Below are positions 48,448 through 58,265 of a stretch of 64,000 nucleotides of DNA, in pieces. Positions within the stretch are counted from its first letter, which is position 1, and every line of letters begins with the position of its first letter. Position numbers and translations under genes: made by a program. A model generated the notes under the pieces. That model was not told the DNA's origin. It worked only from the letters and a program-made list of their open reading frames with translations, and made no database searches. Origin of the DNA: Bacteriovoracaceae bacterium (lineage in GTDB: Bacteria > Bdellovibrionota > Bacteriovoracia > Bacteriovoracales > Bacteriovoracaceae); NCBI GenBank assembly GCA_048270185.1, contig JBLWTJ010000002.1, forward strand, positions 480,001 through 544,000, given 5' to 3'.

Positions 48448-50331
48448 ATGTCACTACAGCAATTGCGCGAAAAAATCGTCAGTGAAATCCCGATTTCTGA
48501 TTTAATCGAGCGCTATGGTGTGCACTTAGTTCACAAGGGTAATCGTATTACGACGATTTGTCCTTTTCACGATGACACCAATCCATCAATGCACGTCAAT
48601 AATGACTACGGAAATTATAAATGCTTTGCCTGTGGTGCCGGTGGCTCTCACTTTGACTTTGTTATGAATCTCCACACACTCGAGTTTGTCGATGCCTTAA
48701 GAGATATTTGTGAAAAATTTGGTATTAATTTTGATGCCTATACAAGCAAAAGAAATAAACCTAAGAAAGAAATCTTTGCGGAAAAGATTCTAAAAGTTGC
48801 AAGCGCTATATATTATAAGTACGGTCAGGACACAAAGCCTGCCGCCTATCTCGATTTCTTAAAAAATCGAAATATGAAAGAAGAGCTGGCCGAGCTCTAT
48901 CAAATTGGTTTTGCACCAAAGCAAAATAGTATTTACGACTATATCCACACTCTTCCGGAAGAAGACCGTGAAGAAATCCTAAAGACTGCCATTGAAATTG
49001 GAATCGTTAAGTATAATCCAGAAAATAAGTCCCATTATGATACTTATCGCGAACGCGTTATGTTTCCTATCTGGGATCACTATGGCCGTGTGATCGGCTT
49101 TACTGGACGACGAATACGCGATGAACAATATGGTAAGTATGTGAATTCAAAGGGATCGTTCATCTTTAACAAGAGTAACCTCCTTTATGGCCTTCATCTT
49201 GCAAAATCCTATATTAGAAAACGCGATAGCGTTATTATAGTCGAAGGAAATATGGATCAGGTTGCAACGTTTAAGAAAGGATTCGAGAACTCAGTTGCCA
49301 TCATGGGAACGGCCCTTGGTGATAATTCCCTGCGCGTCCTTAAGGCCTTAACGAAGAATATTTACTTGGCCCTTGATAATGATGAGGCCGGCTATAAAGC
49401 CGCCCAGAGGACAAGTCAGCAATTCTTAGAGTATGGAATTCTGGCCAAGTACGTTAACCTTGCTCCACACAAAGACCCTGATGACTTCTTAGAAGCAGAA
49501 GGAATCATAGCTTTTCAAGAGCGCATTGATAATGCACCAGCTTTTATTGACTATGAACTCGATCAACTTATACCTCAAAGACCAATTGAGCTAATTGACG
49601 AGAAGCTCTCAATCCTTGATCAAGCATTTGAAGTGGTTGCACCACTTAAGAACGATATCAATGCCACAGAGAGACTCTTGGCCCTGGCACCAAAGCTTAA
49701 GTTAAACTCTAGTAACGAACAGATTAATACACGTTATGAAAATTTCTTAAAAGGAGTTAAGAAACCAGCTGCTAAACCAGTTCAAAAAGAAGTTATTCAA
49801 GAAGATTTTAATATGCCAGAGTACGATGAGAGTTACATGGCAAGTTTTGTTGAATCTGATGCAAACCAGATGCCAACTATTGAAGAAATTGCGCCTCAAA
49901 TCTCAAAAACAGAAGAGACTCTTCTCCTCTCAATCATTGAACATCCGGAATGTCTTGAGTATGATGAAATGACCGATCTGCTTGATTTTATGCAGTCAGA
50001 TGGGGTAAAAGAATATATTTTGAATCTTAGAAAATTAATCTTTGAAATCGATGAGAGGGAATTTAAAAACTTTGCACTTTCGAGTTCTTCCAAATATGGC
50101 CTTGAAGAAATTATAAAAAAAGGCATTATAAAAAATAAAGGAATCCAACTAGAAAAAGAGAAAGCTGTAAAAATCATTAGTGACCTCGCAAAAATTCTCA
50201 AGCAACAAAGCTTTAAAGACGAAAAGAAATCTTTGAGGCAGAAAATGTCTTCGGTTAAAACTGAAGATGAGTTGAAAGAGATTATGAAACAGATTCACGA
50301 CATAGAAAAAAAGCTATTAGCTTTAAAGTAA
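48448..50331 (+). CDS. dnaG: DNA primase
   Basis: CPFHDD..PS, CFAC zinc finger; RVMFPI, KYVNS, VEGNMD, LDNDEAG, KDPDD. Confidence 0.96.
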   Translation: MSLQQLREKIVSEIPISDLIERYGVHLVHKGNRITTICPFHDDTNPSMHVNNDYGNYKCFACGAGGSHFDFVMNLHTLEFVDALRDICEKFGINFDAYTSKRNKPKKEIFAEKILKVASAIYYKYGQDTKPAAYLDFLKNRNMKEELAELYQIGFAPKQNSIYDYIHTLPEEDREEILKTAIEIGIVKYNPENKSHYDTYRERVMFPIWDHYGRVIGFTGRRIRDEQYGKYVNSKGSFIFNKSNLLYGLHLAKSYIRKRDSVIIVEGNMDQVATFKKGFENSVAIMGTALGDNSLRVLKALTKNIYLALDNDEAGYKAAQRTSQQFLEYGILAKYVNLAPHKDPDDFLEAEGIIAFQERIDNAPAFIDYELDQLIPQRPIELIDEKLSILDQAFEVVAPLKNDINATERLLALAPKLKLNSSNEQINTRYENFLKGVKKPAAKPVQKEVIQEDFNMPEYDESYMASFVESDANQMPTIEEIAPQISKTEETLLLSIIEHPECLEYDEMTDLLDFMQSDGVKEYILNLRKLIFEIDEREFKNFALSSSSKYGLEEIIKKGIIKNKGIQLEKEKAVKIISDLAKILKQQSFKDEKKSLRQKMSSVKTEDELKEIMKQIHDIEKKLLALK

Positions 50332-50349
50332 CGATTGGAGAAATCAAAC

Positions 50350-52101
50350 ATGTCAAGTGCTGCACAATTTTTAAAATCTAAGGGTTTCGAAAAACTTATC
50401 TCACGCGGTAAGGATCAAGATGCCCTGACTCCAGAGGAAATTAACGACGCTCTTCCAGCAAGCTTAATTCAACCTGAAGAACTTGACCTCATTATGCTTG
50501 CCATCACTGAAGCAGAGATTGAAATTTCTGAGCAAGAAGTTGAAGAGGAAGATGAAGGAATCAAATTAGACGGTACTGAAATTATTGAAGAAACTCTATC
50601 AAAAGAAGAGAGAGCGGAATTAAGAAGTGCCTCAACAGATCCTGTAAAATTATATCTTAAGAGAATGGGTTCAGTTGCCCTATTAACGAGAGAAGGCGAA
50701 GTTGTTATCGCAAAAGAAATTGAAGAAGGTGAAAGAGAGATTATCCTTTCATCACTAAAATCTTCTCACGCGATTGCAGAAATCATCACACTTAAGGATC
50801 GTATTAACGAACTTGAAAACCCTACTGAGTTCGTAAGAGAACTAGTTCGTGGTCTAGATGATGAATCGACTCAAAAAGATGTTGATAAGGTTAAGAAAAC
50901 AATTATTAAAGTTTGTGATGATCTAAAGAATATCTATGACAACGCTTTAAACGAAGAAGACGGAACACTAGAGAAATTCTCTAAAGATCAAAAAGAAACA
51001 ATGCTAAAAGTTTCAACTGAGTTAGCTGATCTTACTTTCAACAGAAAGATCATCAACAGCTTCGTTGAGCCAGTAAAGAAATACTACCTACAATTTAAAG
51101 ATCTTTACGAACAACAAGATCGTATCTTTAAATTCCTAGAAGTTGAGACAATTGAAGCTTACCGTGACCTTCATGAGAAGATTATGGAAGACGATGCATT
51201 CAAACGTGCGTTCGCAAAAGAGCTTTACACAACTGATGCAAAGGTAGAACAACTTGTTCGTAACCAAGAAGATATTTTAAGAAAGCTTAGAAGACTTTCA
51301 CAAGAAGCTGGAATGAGCTTCGATGATATCGAAACTGTTTACAAAATTATTACTAACGGTGAAGAAAGAGCTGACCGTGCAAAAGCTCAACTTGTTGAAG
51401 CCAACCTACGACTTGTTGTATCGATTGCTAAGAAATACACAAACCGTGGACTTCAATTCCTAGACCTTATTCAAGAAGGTAACATTGGTCTAATGAAGGC
51501 CGTTGATAAATTCGAGTATCGTCGTGGTTATAAATTTTCAACTTATGCAACTTGGTGGATTCGTCAGGCCATTACTCGTGCCATTGCTGACCAAGCAAGA
51601 ACAATTCGTATTCCAGTACACATGATTGAAACAATCAACAAAATGGTTAGAACTCAAAGGCAACTTATTCAAGAGCTAGGACGTGAGCCTACTCCTGAAG
51701 AAATTGCAGAGAAAATGGAAATGCCAGTTGATAAAGTAAAGAAAGTTCAAAAGATCTCAAAAGAGCCAATCTCTCTTGAAACACCAATCGGTGAAGAAGA
51801 GGACTCATCTCTTGGAGACTTCATTGAAGATAAGAAGATTATCTCGCCAGCAGATGCTGTAATGAGCATTACATTATCTGAGCAAACTCGTTCAGTACTC
51901 TCTACTCTAACTCCAAGAGAAGAAAAAGTTCTAAGAATGAGATTTGGTATCGGAGAAAAGTCAGACCACACTCTAGAAGAGGTAGGACAGGATTTCTTCG
52001 TAACTCGTGAGCGTATTAGACAGATCGAAGCCAAAGCTCTTCGCAAACTAAGACATCCATCACGTGCAAAACTTCTCAAATCGTATATCGAAAATAGTTA
52101 A
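50350..52101 (+). CDS. rpoD: Primary sigma factor RpoD
   Basis: [48 protein letters not shown] at 50350 after GGAG. Confidence 0.97.
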   Translation: MSSAAQFLKSKGFEKLISRGKDQDALTPEEINDALPASLIQPEELDLIMLAITEAEIEISEQEVEEEDEGIKLDGTEIIEETLSKEERAELRSASTDPVKLYLKRMGSVALLTREGEVVIAKEIEEGEREIILSSLKSSHAIAEIITLKDRINELENPTEFVRELVRGLDDESTQKDVDKVKKTIIKVCDDLKNIYDNALNEEDGTLEKFSKDQKETMLKVSTELADLTFNRKIINSFVEPVKKYYLQFKDLYEQQDRIFKFLEVETIEAYRDLHEKIMEDDAFKRAFAKELYTTDAKVEQLVRNQEDILRKLRRLSQEAGMSFDDIETVYKIITNGEERADRAKAQLVEANLRLVVSIAKKYTNRGLQFLDLIQEGNIGLMKAVDKFEYRRGYKFSTYATWWIRQAITRAIADQARTIRIPVHMIETINKMVRTQRQLIQELGREPTPEEIAEKMEMPVDKVKKVQKISKEPISLETPIGEEEDSSLGDFIEDKKIISPADAVMSITLSEQTRSVLSTLTPREEKVLRMRFGIGEKSDHTLEEVGQDFFVTRERIRQIEAKALRKLRHPSRAKLLKSYIENS

Positions 52102-52103
52102 GT

Positions 52104-52132
52104 AAAAAGGGCCTCTATTAGAGGCCTTTTTT
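52104..52132 (+). terminator. Intrinsic terminator after rpoD
   Basis: GGCCTCT-ATT-AGAGGCC-TTTTTT. Confidence 0.85.
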
Positions 52133-52204
52133 ATTAACAGAACTAAGACTATTACATTCCCTAATTTTGCGTTATAATAAGGCTTTTAGACATAAAGTTA
52201 ATAT

Positions 52205-55200
52205 ATGACACAAGAACCTGGACTCGATCTAGCAAAGAAATATTTTAATACCCTACTAACTTCCAAAGCAAGGAAGTTACTTAGCTATGGAAAGGTCTCT
52301 CTTTCATTTAAGAAAGGTAGTCTTGATGGTTATCTCATCACAACTGGTATTATCAAAGAAGATCGCCCTTATGAAGCCAAGGTTGTCTATAAGAAGAGAC
52401 TAGAAGGAACAGATGAGTCACCTCTAAGCTCTAATTGTGATTGTCTAGAGTGGACTGAAGATAAGCACTGCCACCACACGGCCGCTCTCTTTATGTACTA
52501 TCTTGCAACTAATCACGATCAAGCAGATACTGGCACACACCTACCTCCAATTGGTGGTTATGGTGTCTCTCCTCTTGAATACGGAACCATTATTAGTGGA
52601 CCTCATGAGCTTGAAAATGCACCACATGGACCGACTTACTCGACACTAAATTACTCGCTAACAAGTAAAAAAACCATTGAGTTTCCTATTCCAGAAAACC
52701 TCGATGGCCAAATCATATTTAATATTGCACCCAACAAAGAACAAAGAATCGACTTTCAAGATGATCTTAAATCGAGTATTCGTTTTGGTTTTAAGCCAAA
52801 TGACGATGACAAGATTCATCGTCACGTAAGTATTTTTGAGAGTCTTTATCTATTTGATTGGGACACAGGAAAACTCTATTCACTTCCGAGTGAAGTTAAA
52901 GAATTCTTCTCTTCTCTACGATCAAATATTAATGATTATAAAATTGACGATGCACTAAACCTGGCTTACTCAGAAAGGCTTGAAAAATATATACTCTTTG
53001 AAGTTGATGGCCAGCCATTCGATATTAGCAATATCAGTTCACCTGACTTGCGTATCTATATTAATAATTCTCAACGAAAAGGATATAACAATTTCTCTGT
53101 TGAGTTCTTTAATAAAGAAGATAAGAGGACGAGGCCACCTCAGTTCTTATCTTCACTGACTTTTGAAGGTGGATTTCTAAATTTATTCAGAAAGAAAATT
53201 GAAGCCTATCACTTCCTAAGAGAAGTTCAGCACTACTTTGAAACAGGACTTGATGGCTATAAGAAATCTCTTTCAGGTAAATCTAAAAAGTCATCTTGGA
53301 TTCGACTAATTTCTGAAGTTGTCAGTAAAGAATACACTCTAAGCTTTGACCACGAGAATAGAAAACTATACAAATACGACAATAAATTACAACGACTTCT
53401 TTTTAAAATTATGGTGACTGAATTTGGCGATCACTTCTTCCGTTATTCTTATCACTACAAAGACTCAAATGAAGTTATTTTCCAAGTTTCGATGTCTCAA
53501 ATTACTCAAGGTCTCTCTAAACTCTTTACGGTAACCAAGCCATACGGAGTAGAGATTTTCTACGATAATAATGAATTAAAGAATTGGAACTCTCGTATTC
53601 GCTTTGAGAGAAAGCAAATAGGCCGTTCAGGTTGGTTTGACTTAGAACTTGAGCTTGGAGAGATGGATCAAGAAGTTCTAAAGAATGTTGATCTCGATAA
53701 TAATATTGCCATTACTAAAGATGGTGTTGTTCTTTTAAATAATGAACAAAAAGATCTTTTGAAGTTTGTGCAAAAATACACGAAGTTTGAAGCTAAAGAA
53801 GAAATTCAAGATGGGAAATTTAAAAAGTTCATCCTGCCTTTTTCTCGTGCTCGTATTTTTGAACTATTTGAACTCAAGAAGATTGGCCTTGAAGGTGCCT
53901 TAACAGATGAAGAGATCGCACTTTGTGAAAGACTCCAAAATCTTGAAGGAATCCCTGACTACCCTATTTCTGAAAACCTTGGCTCAATTTTAAGACCTTA
54001 TCAAAAGACTGGTTTTAATTGGCTAAGCTTTCTCTATGAAAATAAACTTGGTGCCTGTCTGGCCGATGATATGGGTCTTGGTAAGACCATTCAAACAATT
54101 GCCTTTATCGAAAGTATTTACGACAAGATCGATAAGGTCCTAATTGTTTGCCCAGTCTCACTTCTTCTAAACTGGGAGAACGAGTTTAAAAAATTCTCAA
54201 ATATTGACGTTCATATCTTCCACGGAGCTGATCGTGAATTGCCAGAAGATTCAAATGCCAAGGTAATTCTAACGTCTTATGGAATCCTTAAAAGAGAATT
54301 AGAAGCTGAATTTGAAGAAACAAATTACGATATTCTCGTTCTTGACGAAGTTCAGCACTTAAAAAATATGAGATCTCTCGGTGCCCACTCGGCCCGTAAA
54401 ATCAATGCCGACTTTAGAATATGTCTTACAGGTACACCTGTTGAGAATGATCTTGCTGAATTCTTTAATATTATAGACTTAAGTATTCCAGGAATCTGGG
54501 GAGATCTGCGCTTCCTACGTTCTAGCTCGACTCCAAAGTCTCGAGTTTACGCAAGAAAGACAGCCGCTCCTTTTATCTTAAGAAGAACAAAGAGTCAGGT
54601 TCTCACAGATCTTCCTCCGAAGTTAGAAAATAATGTCTTACTAAGTTTTGATGATCATGAAGAGGAATTCTATAAGAATAAACTTCAATCAATTAAAGAC
54701 AATATTAACAACGCTCCTAAGAATAAGAAGTACGGAGAAATCCTAAAAGGTCTTCTCGAGCTAAGACAGAGTTGTCTATGGCAAAACCATAGCGGAAAGA
54801 CCACAAAGAATATTCGAAATCTTACTTCAACGAAAGTTGATTACCTAATGGAAAGTTTAGAACAGATTCAAGAAGAAGGTCACCAAGTGATTATCTTCTC
54901 TCAGTTCACAACATATCTTGATATTATCGGTTCGGCCTTTAATGAAAGATGTTGGAAATACTCTAGAATTGACGGCTCTCTTAATGTGAAGAAGAGACAG
55001 GCCGCAGTAGATGAGTTCCAAAGTGGTAATACAAAATTATTCCTCATCTCCCTAAAAGCCGGGGGTGTTGGTCTTAACTTAACAGCTGCAAGTTATGTTT
55101 TCATTATGGACCCATGGTGGAACCCAGCGGTTGAATCACAGGCCATTGACCGTGCTTATCGTATTGGACAAAAGAATACTCTCAACGTCTTTAGACCGAT

Positions 55201-55342
55201 TATCCAGGGTTCTGTTGAAGAGAAAGTTCTTAAGCTTCAAGAAATTAAACGAGAGCTTTTCAAAGAGCTTCTACCAGAAGATGACGAAGAGCTATTCAGC
55301 GGAAAACTCACAATGAAGGATTTCGAAGAATTATTTAACTAG
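52205..55342 (+). CDS. SWIM zinc finger SNF2-family helicase
   Basis: CDC...CHH SWIM; LADDMGLGKT, DEVQ, TGTPVEN, SLKAGGVGLNL, QAIDRAYRIGQ. Confidence 0.93.
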   Translation: MTQEPGLDLAKKYFNTLLTSKARKLLSYGKVSLSFKKGSLDGYLITTGIIKEDRPYEAKVVYKKRLEGTDESPLSSNCDCLEWTEDKHCHHTAALFMYYLATNHDQADTGTHLPPIGGYGVSPLEYGTIISGPHELENAPHGPTYSTLNYSLTSKKTIEFPIPENLDGQIIFNIAPNKEQRIDFQDDLKSSIRFGFKPNDDDKIHRHVSIFESLYLFDWDTGKLYSLPSEVKEFFSSLRSNINDYKIDDALNLAYSERLEKYILFEVDGQPFDISNISSPDLRIYINNSQRKGYNNFSVEFFNKEDKRTRPPQFLSSLTFEGGFLNLFRKKIEAYHFLREVQHYFETGLDGYKKSLSGKSKKSSWIRLISEVVSKEYTLSFDHENRKLYKYDNKLQRLLFKIMVTEFGDHFFRYSYHYKDSNEVIFQVSMSQITQGLSKLFTVTKPYGVEIFYDNNELKNWNSRIRFERKQIGRSGWFDLELELGEMDQEVLKNVDLDNNIAITKDGVVLLNNEQKDLLKFVQKYTKFEAKEEIQDGKFKKFILPFSRARIFELFELKKIGLEGALTDEEIALCERLQNLEGIPDYPISENLGSILRPYQKTGFNWLSFLYENKLGACLADDMGLGKTIQTIAFIESIYDKIDKVLIVCPVSLLLNWENEFKKFSNIDVHIFHGADRELPEDSNAKVILTSYGILKRELEAEFEETNYDILVLDEVQHLKNMRSLGAHSARKINADFRICLTGTPVENDLAEFFNIIDLSIPGIWGDLRFLRSSSTPKSRVYARKTAAPFILRRTKSQVLTDLPPKLENNVLLSFDDHEEEFYKNKLQSIKDNINNAPKNKKYGEILKGLLELRQSCLWQNHSGKTTKNIRNLTSTKVDYLMESLEQIQEEGHQVIIFSQFTTYLDIIGSAFNERCWKYSRIDGSLNVKKRQAAVDEFQSGNTKLFLISLKAGGVGLNLTAASYVFIMDPWWNPAVESQAIDRAYRIGQKNTLNVFRPIIQGSVEEKVLKLQEIKRELFKELLPEDDEELFSGKLTMKDFEELFN

Positions 55343-55343
55343 T

Positions 55344-56081
55344 TTACTTTACTAGGCGATTCACTTCTGCGTGAATAATTTCCTTCAATTCATCTCGGCA
55401 AAAGATAAATGGGCCTTTTAGAAGTATCTCTGAAAGATCTTTAATTTCATCAGAATAAATACCTCGAGAATGACAGATAACAACTCCTGCAGCAATATCC
55501 CAAATATTCTTATCACGAAATGAGATAACACACTCACAAGCACCAGTTGCAAGAAGCCCGAGCTTAAAGGCAATTGAGCCGAGAGGAGAAATTCTTAGAT
55601 CGTTATTAAAGTCCATATTCTGGGCACTCTTCTCCCACTCAGATCGTGAGATCATAATATTGATCGCATCAGCATGAGAGTGTCGATTTCCAAGAGGATA
55701 TTTCACTTCATTTGTAACTTCAAATCCAGTGAATGGATTATAAATCCAACCAAAATTTCTTTCATCTTTAATATCAGCAGAAAAAAGAATGGCCAACGAA
55801 ACAGCACATTCACCGTACCCCTTGGCAAACTCTCTCGTCCCATCAATTGGGTCTAGGACAATTACTGGAAATTCAAAATTTTCTTGGTCTTCTTCTGAAA
55901 AGAAATTGAAGTCATGATTTGAATCTTTAAATACTTTTTTGACATGATCTGAAACAAAGATATCAAACTCCGTAACAATACTACGGTCGGCCTTTCTCTC
56001 AATGGACATATCACCCCAGTCTAAATTCTCTAATTTATGGTGAATGCCACGTTTTATTTCTTCAATTTCATTGCGATACAT
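55344..56081 (-). CDS. Inositol monophosphatase/CysQ family phosphatase
   Basis: FSEE, LDPIDGTREF, WDIAAG. Confidence 0.88.
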   Translation of the reverse strand: MYRNEIEEIKRGIHHKLENLDWGDMSIERKADRSIVTEFDIFVSDHVKKVFKDSNHDFNFFSEEDQENFEFPVIVLDPIDGTREFAKGYGECAVSLAILFSADIKDERNFGWIYNPFTGFEVTNEVKYPLGNRHSHADAINIMISRSEWEKSAQNMDFNNDLRISPLGSIAFKLGLLATGACECVISFRDKNIWDIAAGVVICHSRGIYSDEIKDLSEILLKGPFIFCRDELKEIIHAEVNRLVK

Positions 56082-56096
56082 TTATAGGCCCAATCA

Positions 56097-56981
56097 TTAT
56101 CTTATATGAAAGACAAATTCGTGTTTGAAAGTCTTCTCTTGTTCAAGATCAATTAATCCTTCTTTCATATAGAAGTCATTATTTGAATCAAAAGCATCCG
56201 TTACCCCAAATGATGGGGCGATACGAACAAAGCTCGCATCAGGATAAGTCCATATCGAAAGATAAGGAATATTTCCAAAATCAATATTTACTGATTTCTC
56301 ATTTAATAAATTTTTAAGAGAGACACCTTGAGACTTAATATCTTTAAAGATCATCTCGCCTCCGCGAAAGTTCTCTTGAGTAAAGAAGACTCTTCTGTTT
56401 TGAACTACTTTCTTATTATCGGCATCATGAAAATTAACTAATTCATTTTCAACAAAGTATGCACCCCTTTCTTCTTCAGAAGAAAATTCAACAAAACAAT
56501 CCTCATGACCCTCAGGACCTAATGGAACATTGAATGTTGGAGCAAAGCCAAGAGAGAAGAACATCTCTTTCTTATCCAGGTTCTTAATGGAAAAGGAGAC
56601 CGTAAGTTTTGGGCCGTAAACTAAATATGTAATTTCAATTGAATAGCGAAATGGAAAAATCAACTCTGTATCTGCATTACTTGAATGAACAAAGGTTATG
56701 CGGTCCTTTCTTTGATTTTTAACCTCAAATTTAAAGTCTTTAAGATAGCCACCCTTTTGCATTCGGTAGAACTTGCGTCCAAGCCAATACTGATCATCCC
56801 TAAGCTTTCCTACAATAGGAAACATCACTTGTGGACGCCATGGGTTAAGAGTTGGGTGACCTTGCCAGAGATATTCCACACAAGATTCAAGATCATAAAT
56901 CGATAAAAGCCCGGCACCAGAGTCCGTTACCGATACTCTAATGAACTCACTTTCTAAATGGAAAACGCGATCCTTGGCCAT
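56097..56981 (-). CDS. Aldose 1-epimerase (LacX-like) family protein
   Basis: GAGLLSI, EYLWQG, FPIVGKL, FPF; usual His motifs appear substituted. Confidence 0.75.
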   Translation of the reverse strand: MAKDRVFHLESEFIRVSVTDSGAGLLSIYDLESCVEYLWQGHPTLNPWRPQVMFPIVGKLRDDQYWLGRKFYRMQKGGYLKDFKFEVKNQRKDRITFVHSSNADTELIFPFRYSIEITYLVYGPKLTVSFSIKNLDKKEMFFSLGFAPTFNVPLGPEGHEDCFVEFSSEEERGAYFVENELVNFHDADNKKVVQNRRVFFTQENFRGGEMIFKDIKSQGVSLKNLLNEKSVNIDFGNIPYLSIWTYPDASFVRIAPSFGVTDAFDSNNDFYMKEGLIDLEQEKTFKHEFVFHIR

Positions 56982-57320
56982 TTGATTTCCCCTAACTCTA
57001 TTCTAACAGCTTTTTTTCTCTCGTGGAACAGCTAAGCACTTAATACTAGGTGAATCTTTCCAGATTGGGATAGATCACACTTTGCACATTGAGAAAAACT
57101 CAGCATTTGGCCCAATATCGCCTAAAACCTCTTTAAGAAAACGCAATTTTGATTCAATAAATTTTGATCAAATTGTCCTGTCTCTTGTCCCTAAAATATC
57201 CACACAAATTAATTCATTCGAATTAGCCTAAGGCCCCAAAAAAAGGGGCCCTCACCTTTTCTTATTGTCTCTAAATAGCTAGAATATGGTTATCATTTTT
57301 TTAATAGGGAAATTAGTATA

Positions 57321-58265
57321 ATGAAAGTAATTGAGCACATCGACAAGGCCACAAATCCTCTTTTTAGTTTTGAAATTGTTCCACCTCCAAGGGGGAAGAA
57401 TATCTCTGCAGTAACAGATATCGTCAAAGAACTTCTACCGTTTAATCCATCTTGGATTGATGTAACTGCCCACTCAGCTGGAGCATATTACAATGAGAAT
57501 ACTGATGGATCAGTTGAGAGAAAAATCTACAAAAAAAGACCTGGTACAGTAGGAATTTGTGGTGTTATTCAAAATCGATTTAAAATTGATACAGTAACTC
57601 ACCTACTCACTCAAGGTTTTACCAAAGAAGAAACTGAAGATGCTCTCATCGAGTTAAATTACTTAGGTATTCACAATGTCTTAGCTCTTAGAGGTGATGC
57701 CCTAAATTATAATAAGAAATATGATCAATCACGTCAGAGAAATTTCTATGCGAAAGATCTAGTAGCACAAATTGATAATGTAAAAAAAGGAATCTACTTA
57801 GATGAAATCTCAAATAGCCTTCCTCTGGACTTCTCTGTTGGTGTAGCAGGTTACCCTGAAAAACACTTCGAAGCACCAAACCTATCAATGGACATAAAGC
57901 ATCTAAAGGAAAAAGTTGATGCTGGAGCTGACTATATCGTGACACAAATGTTCTTTGATAATTCAAAGTATTTTGAATTTGTGGACAAATGCCGTGAAGC
58001 AGGAATTAATTGTCCAATCGTTCCAGGAATCAAAGTTATCAAAAAAATGAATCAGCTCTCTAATGTTCCAAGACACTTCTACGTGGACTTTCCTGATGAG
58101 TTTGTTGCTGAAATTCACGAAAGCCCTGAGCACATTAAAGAGATTGGAATTAAGTGGGCAAGAAAGCAAACAGAAGAATTACTAAATGCCAATGTGCCTT
58201 CAGTTCATTTCTACGTTATGAATGACTGCGACTCAGTAACAAAAGTATTAAAAGGTTATTACTAA
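57321..58265 (+). CDS. metF: 5,10-methylenetetrahydrofolate reductase
   Basis: FSFEIVPP, LALRGD, VAGYPEKH, KVDAGADYIVTQMFFD, HFY. Confidence 0.93.
   Translation: MKVIEHIDKATNPLFSFEIVPPPRGKNISAVTDIVKELLPFNPSWIDVTAHSAGAYYNENTDGSVERKIYKKRPGTVGICGVIQNRFKIDTVTHLLTQGFTKEETEDALIELNYLGIHNVLALRGDALNYNKKYDQSRQRNFYAKDLVAQIDNVKKGIYLDEISNSLPLDFSVGVAGYPEKHFEAPNLSMDIKHLKEKVDAGADYIVTQMFFDNSKYFEFVDKCREAGINCPIVPGIKVIKKMNQLSNVPRHFYVDFPDEFVAEIHESPEHIKEIGIKWARKQTEELLNANVPSVHFYVMNDCDSVTKVLKGYY

Noticed and set aside
51747..52079. 110-aa antisense ORF in rpoD, and similar short shadow ORFs within spoT, gmk, dnaG, metH, cheA and the DASS gene
   Set aside because: Fully nested in well-conserved genes, no RBS or motifs; expected from codon bias
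52205..55342. SNF2 helicase as part of an anti-phage system
   Set aside because: SWIM-SNF2 type in a core context after rpoD; no methylase, nuclease or other defence genes adjacent
57196..57204. DnaA-box-like ATATCCACA in the metF upstream region
   Set aside because: Single mismatched box, no cluster and no oriC-associated genes
56982..57320. SAM-I or cobalamin riboswitch upstream of metF-metH
   Set aside because: Conserved cores (ATC..GAG...GCAACC...GTGC; GGGAA...GCCCCCGC...GCCACTG) not found by eye
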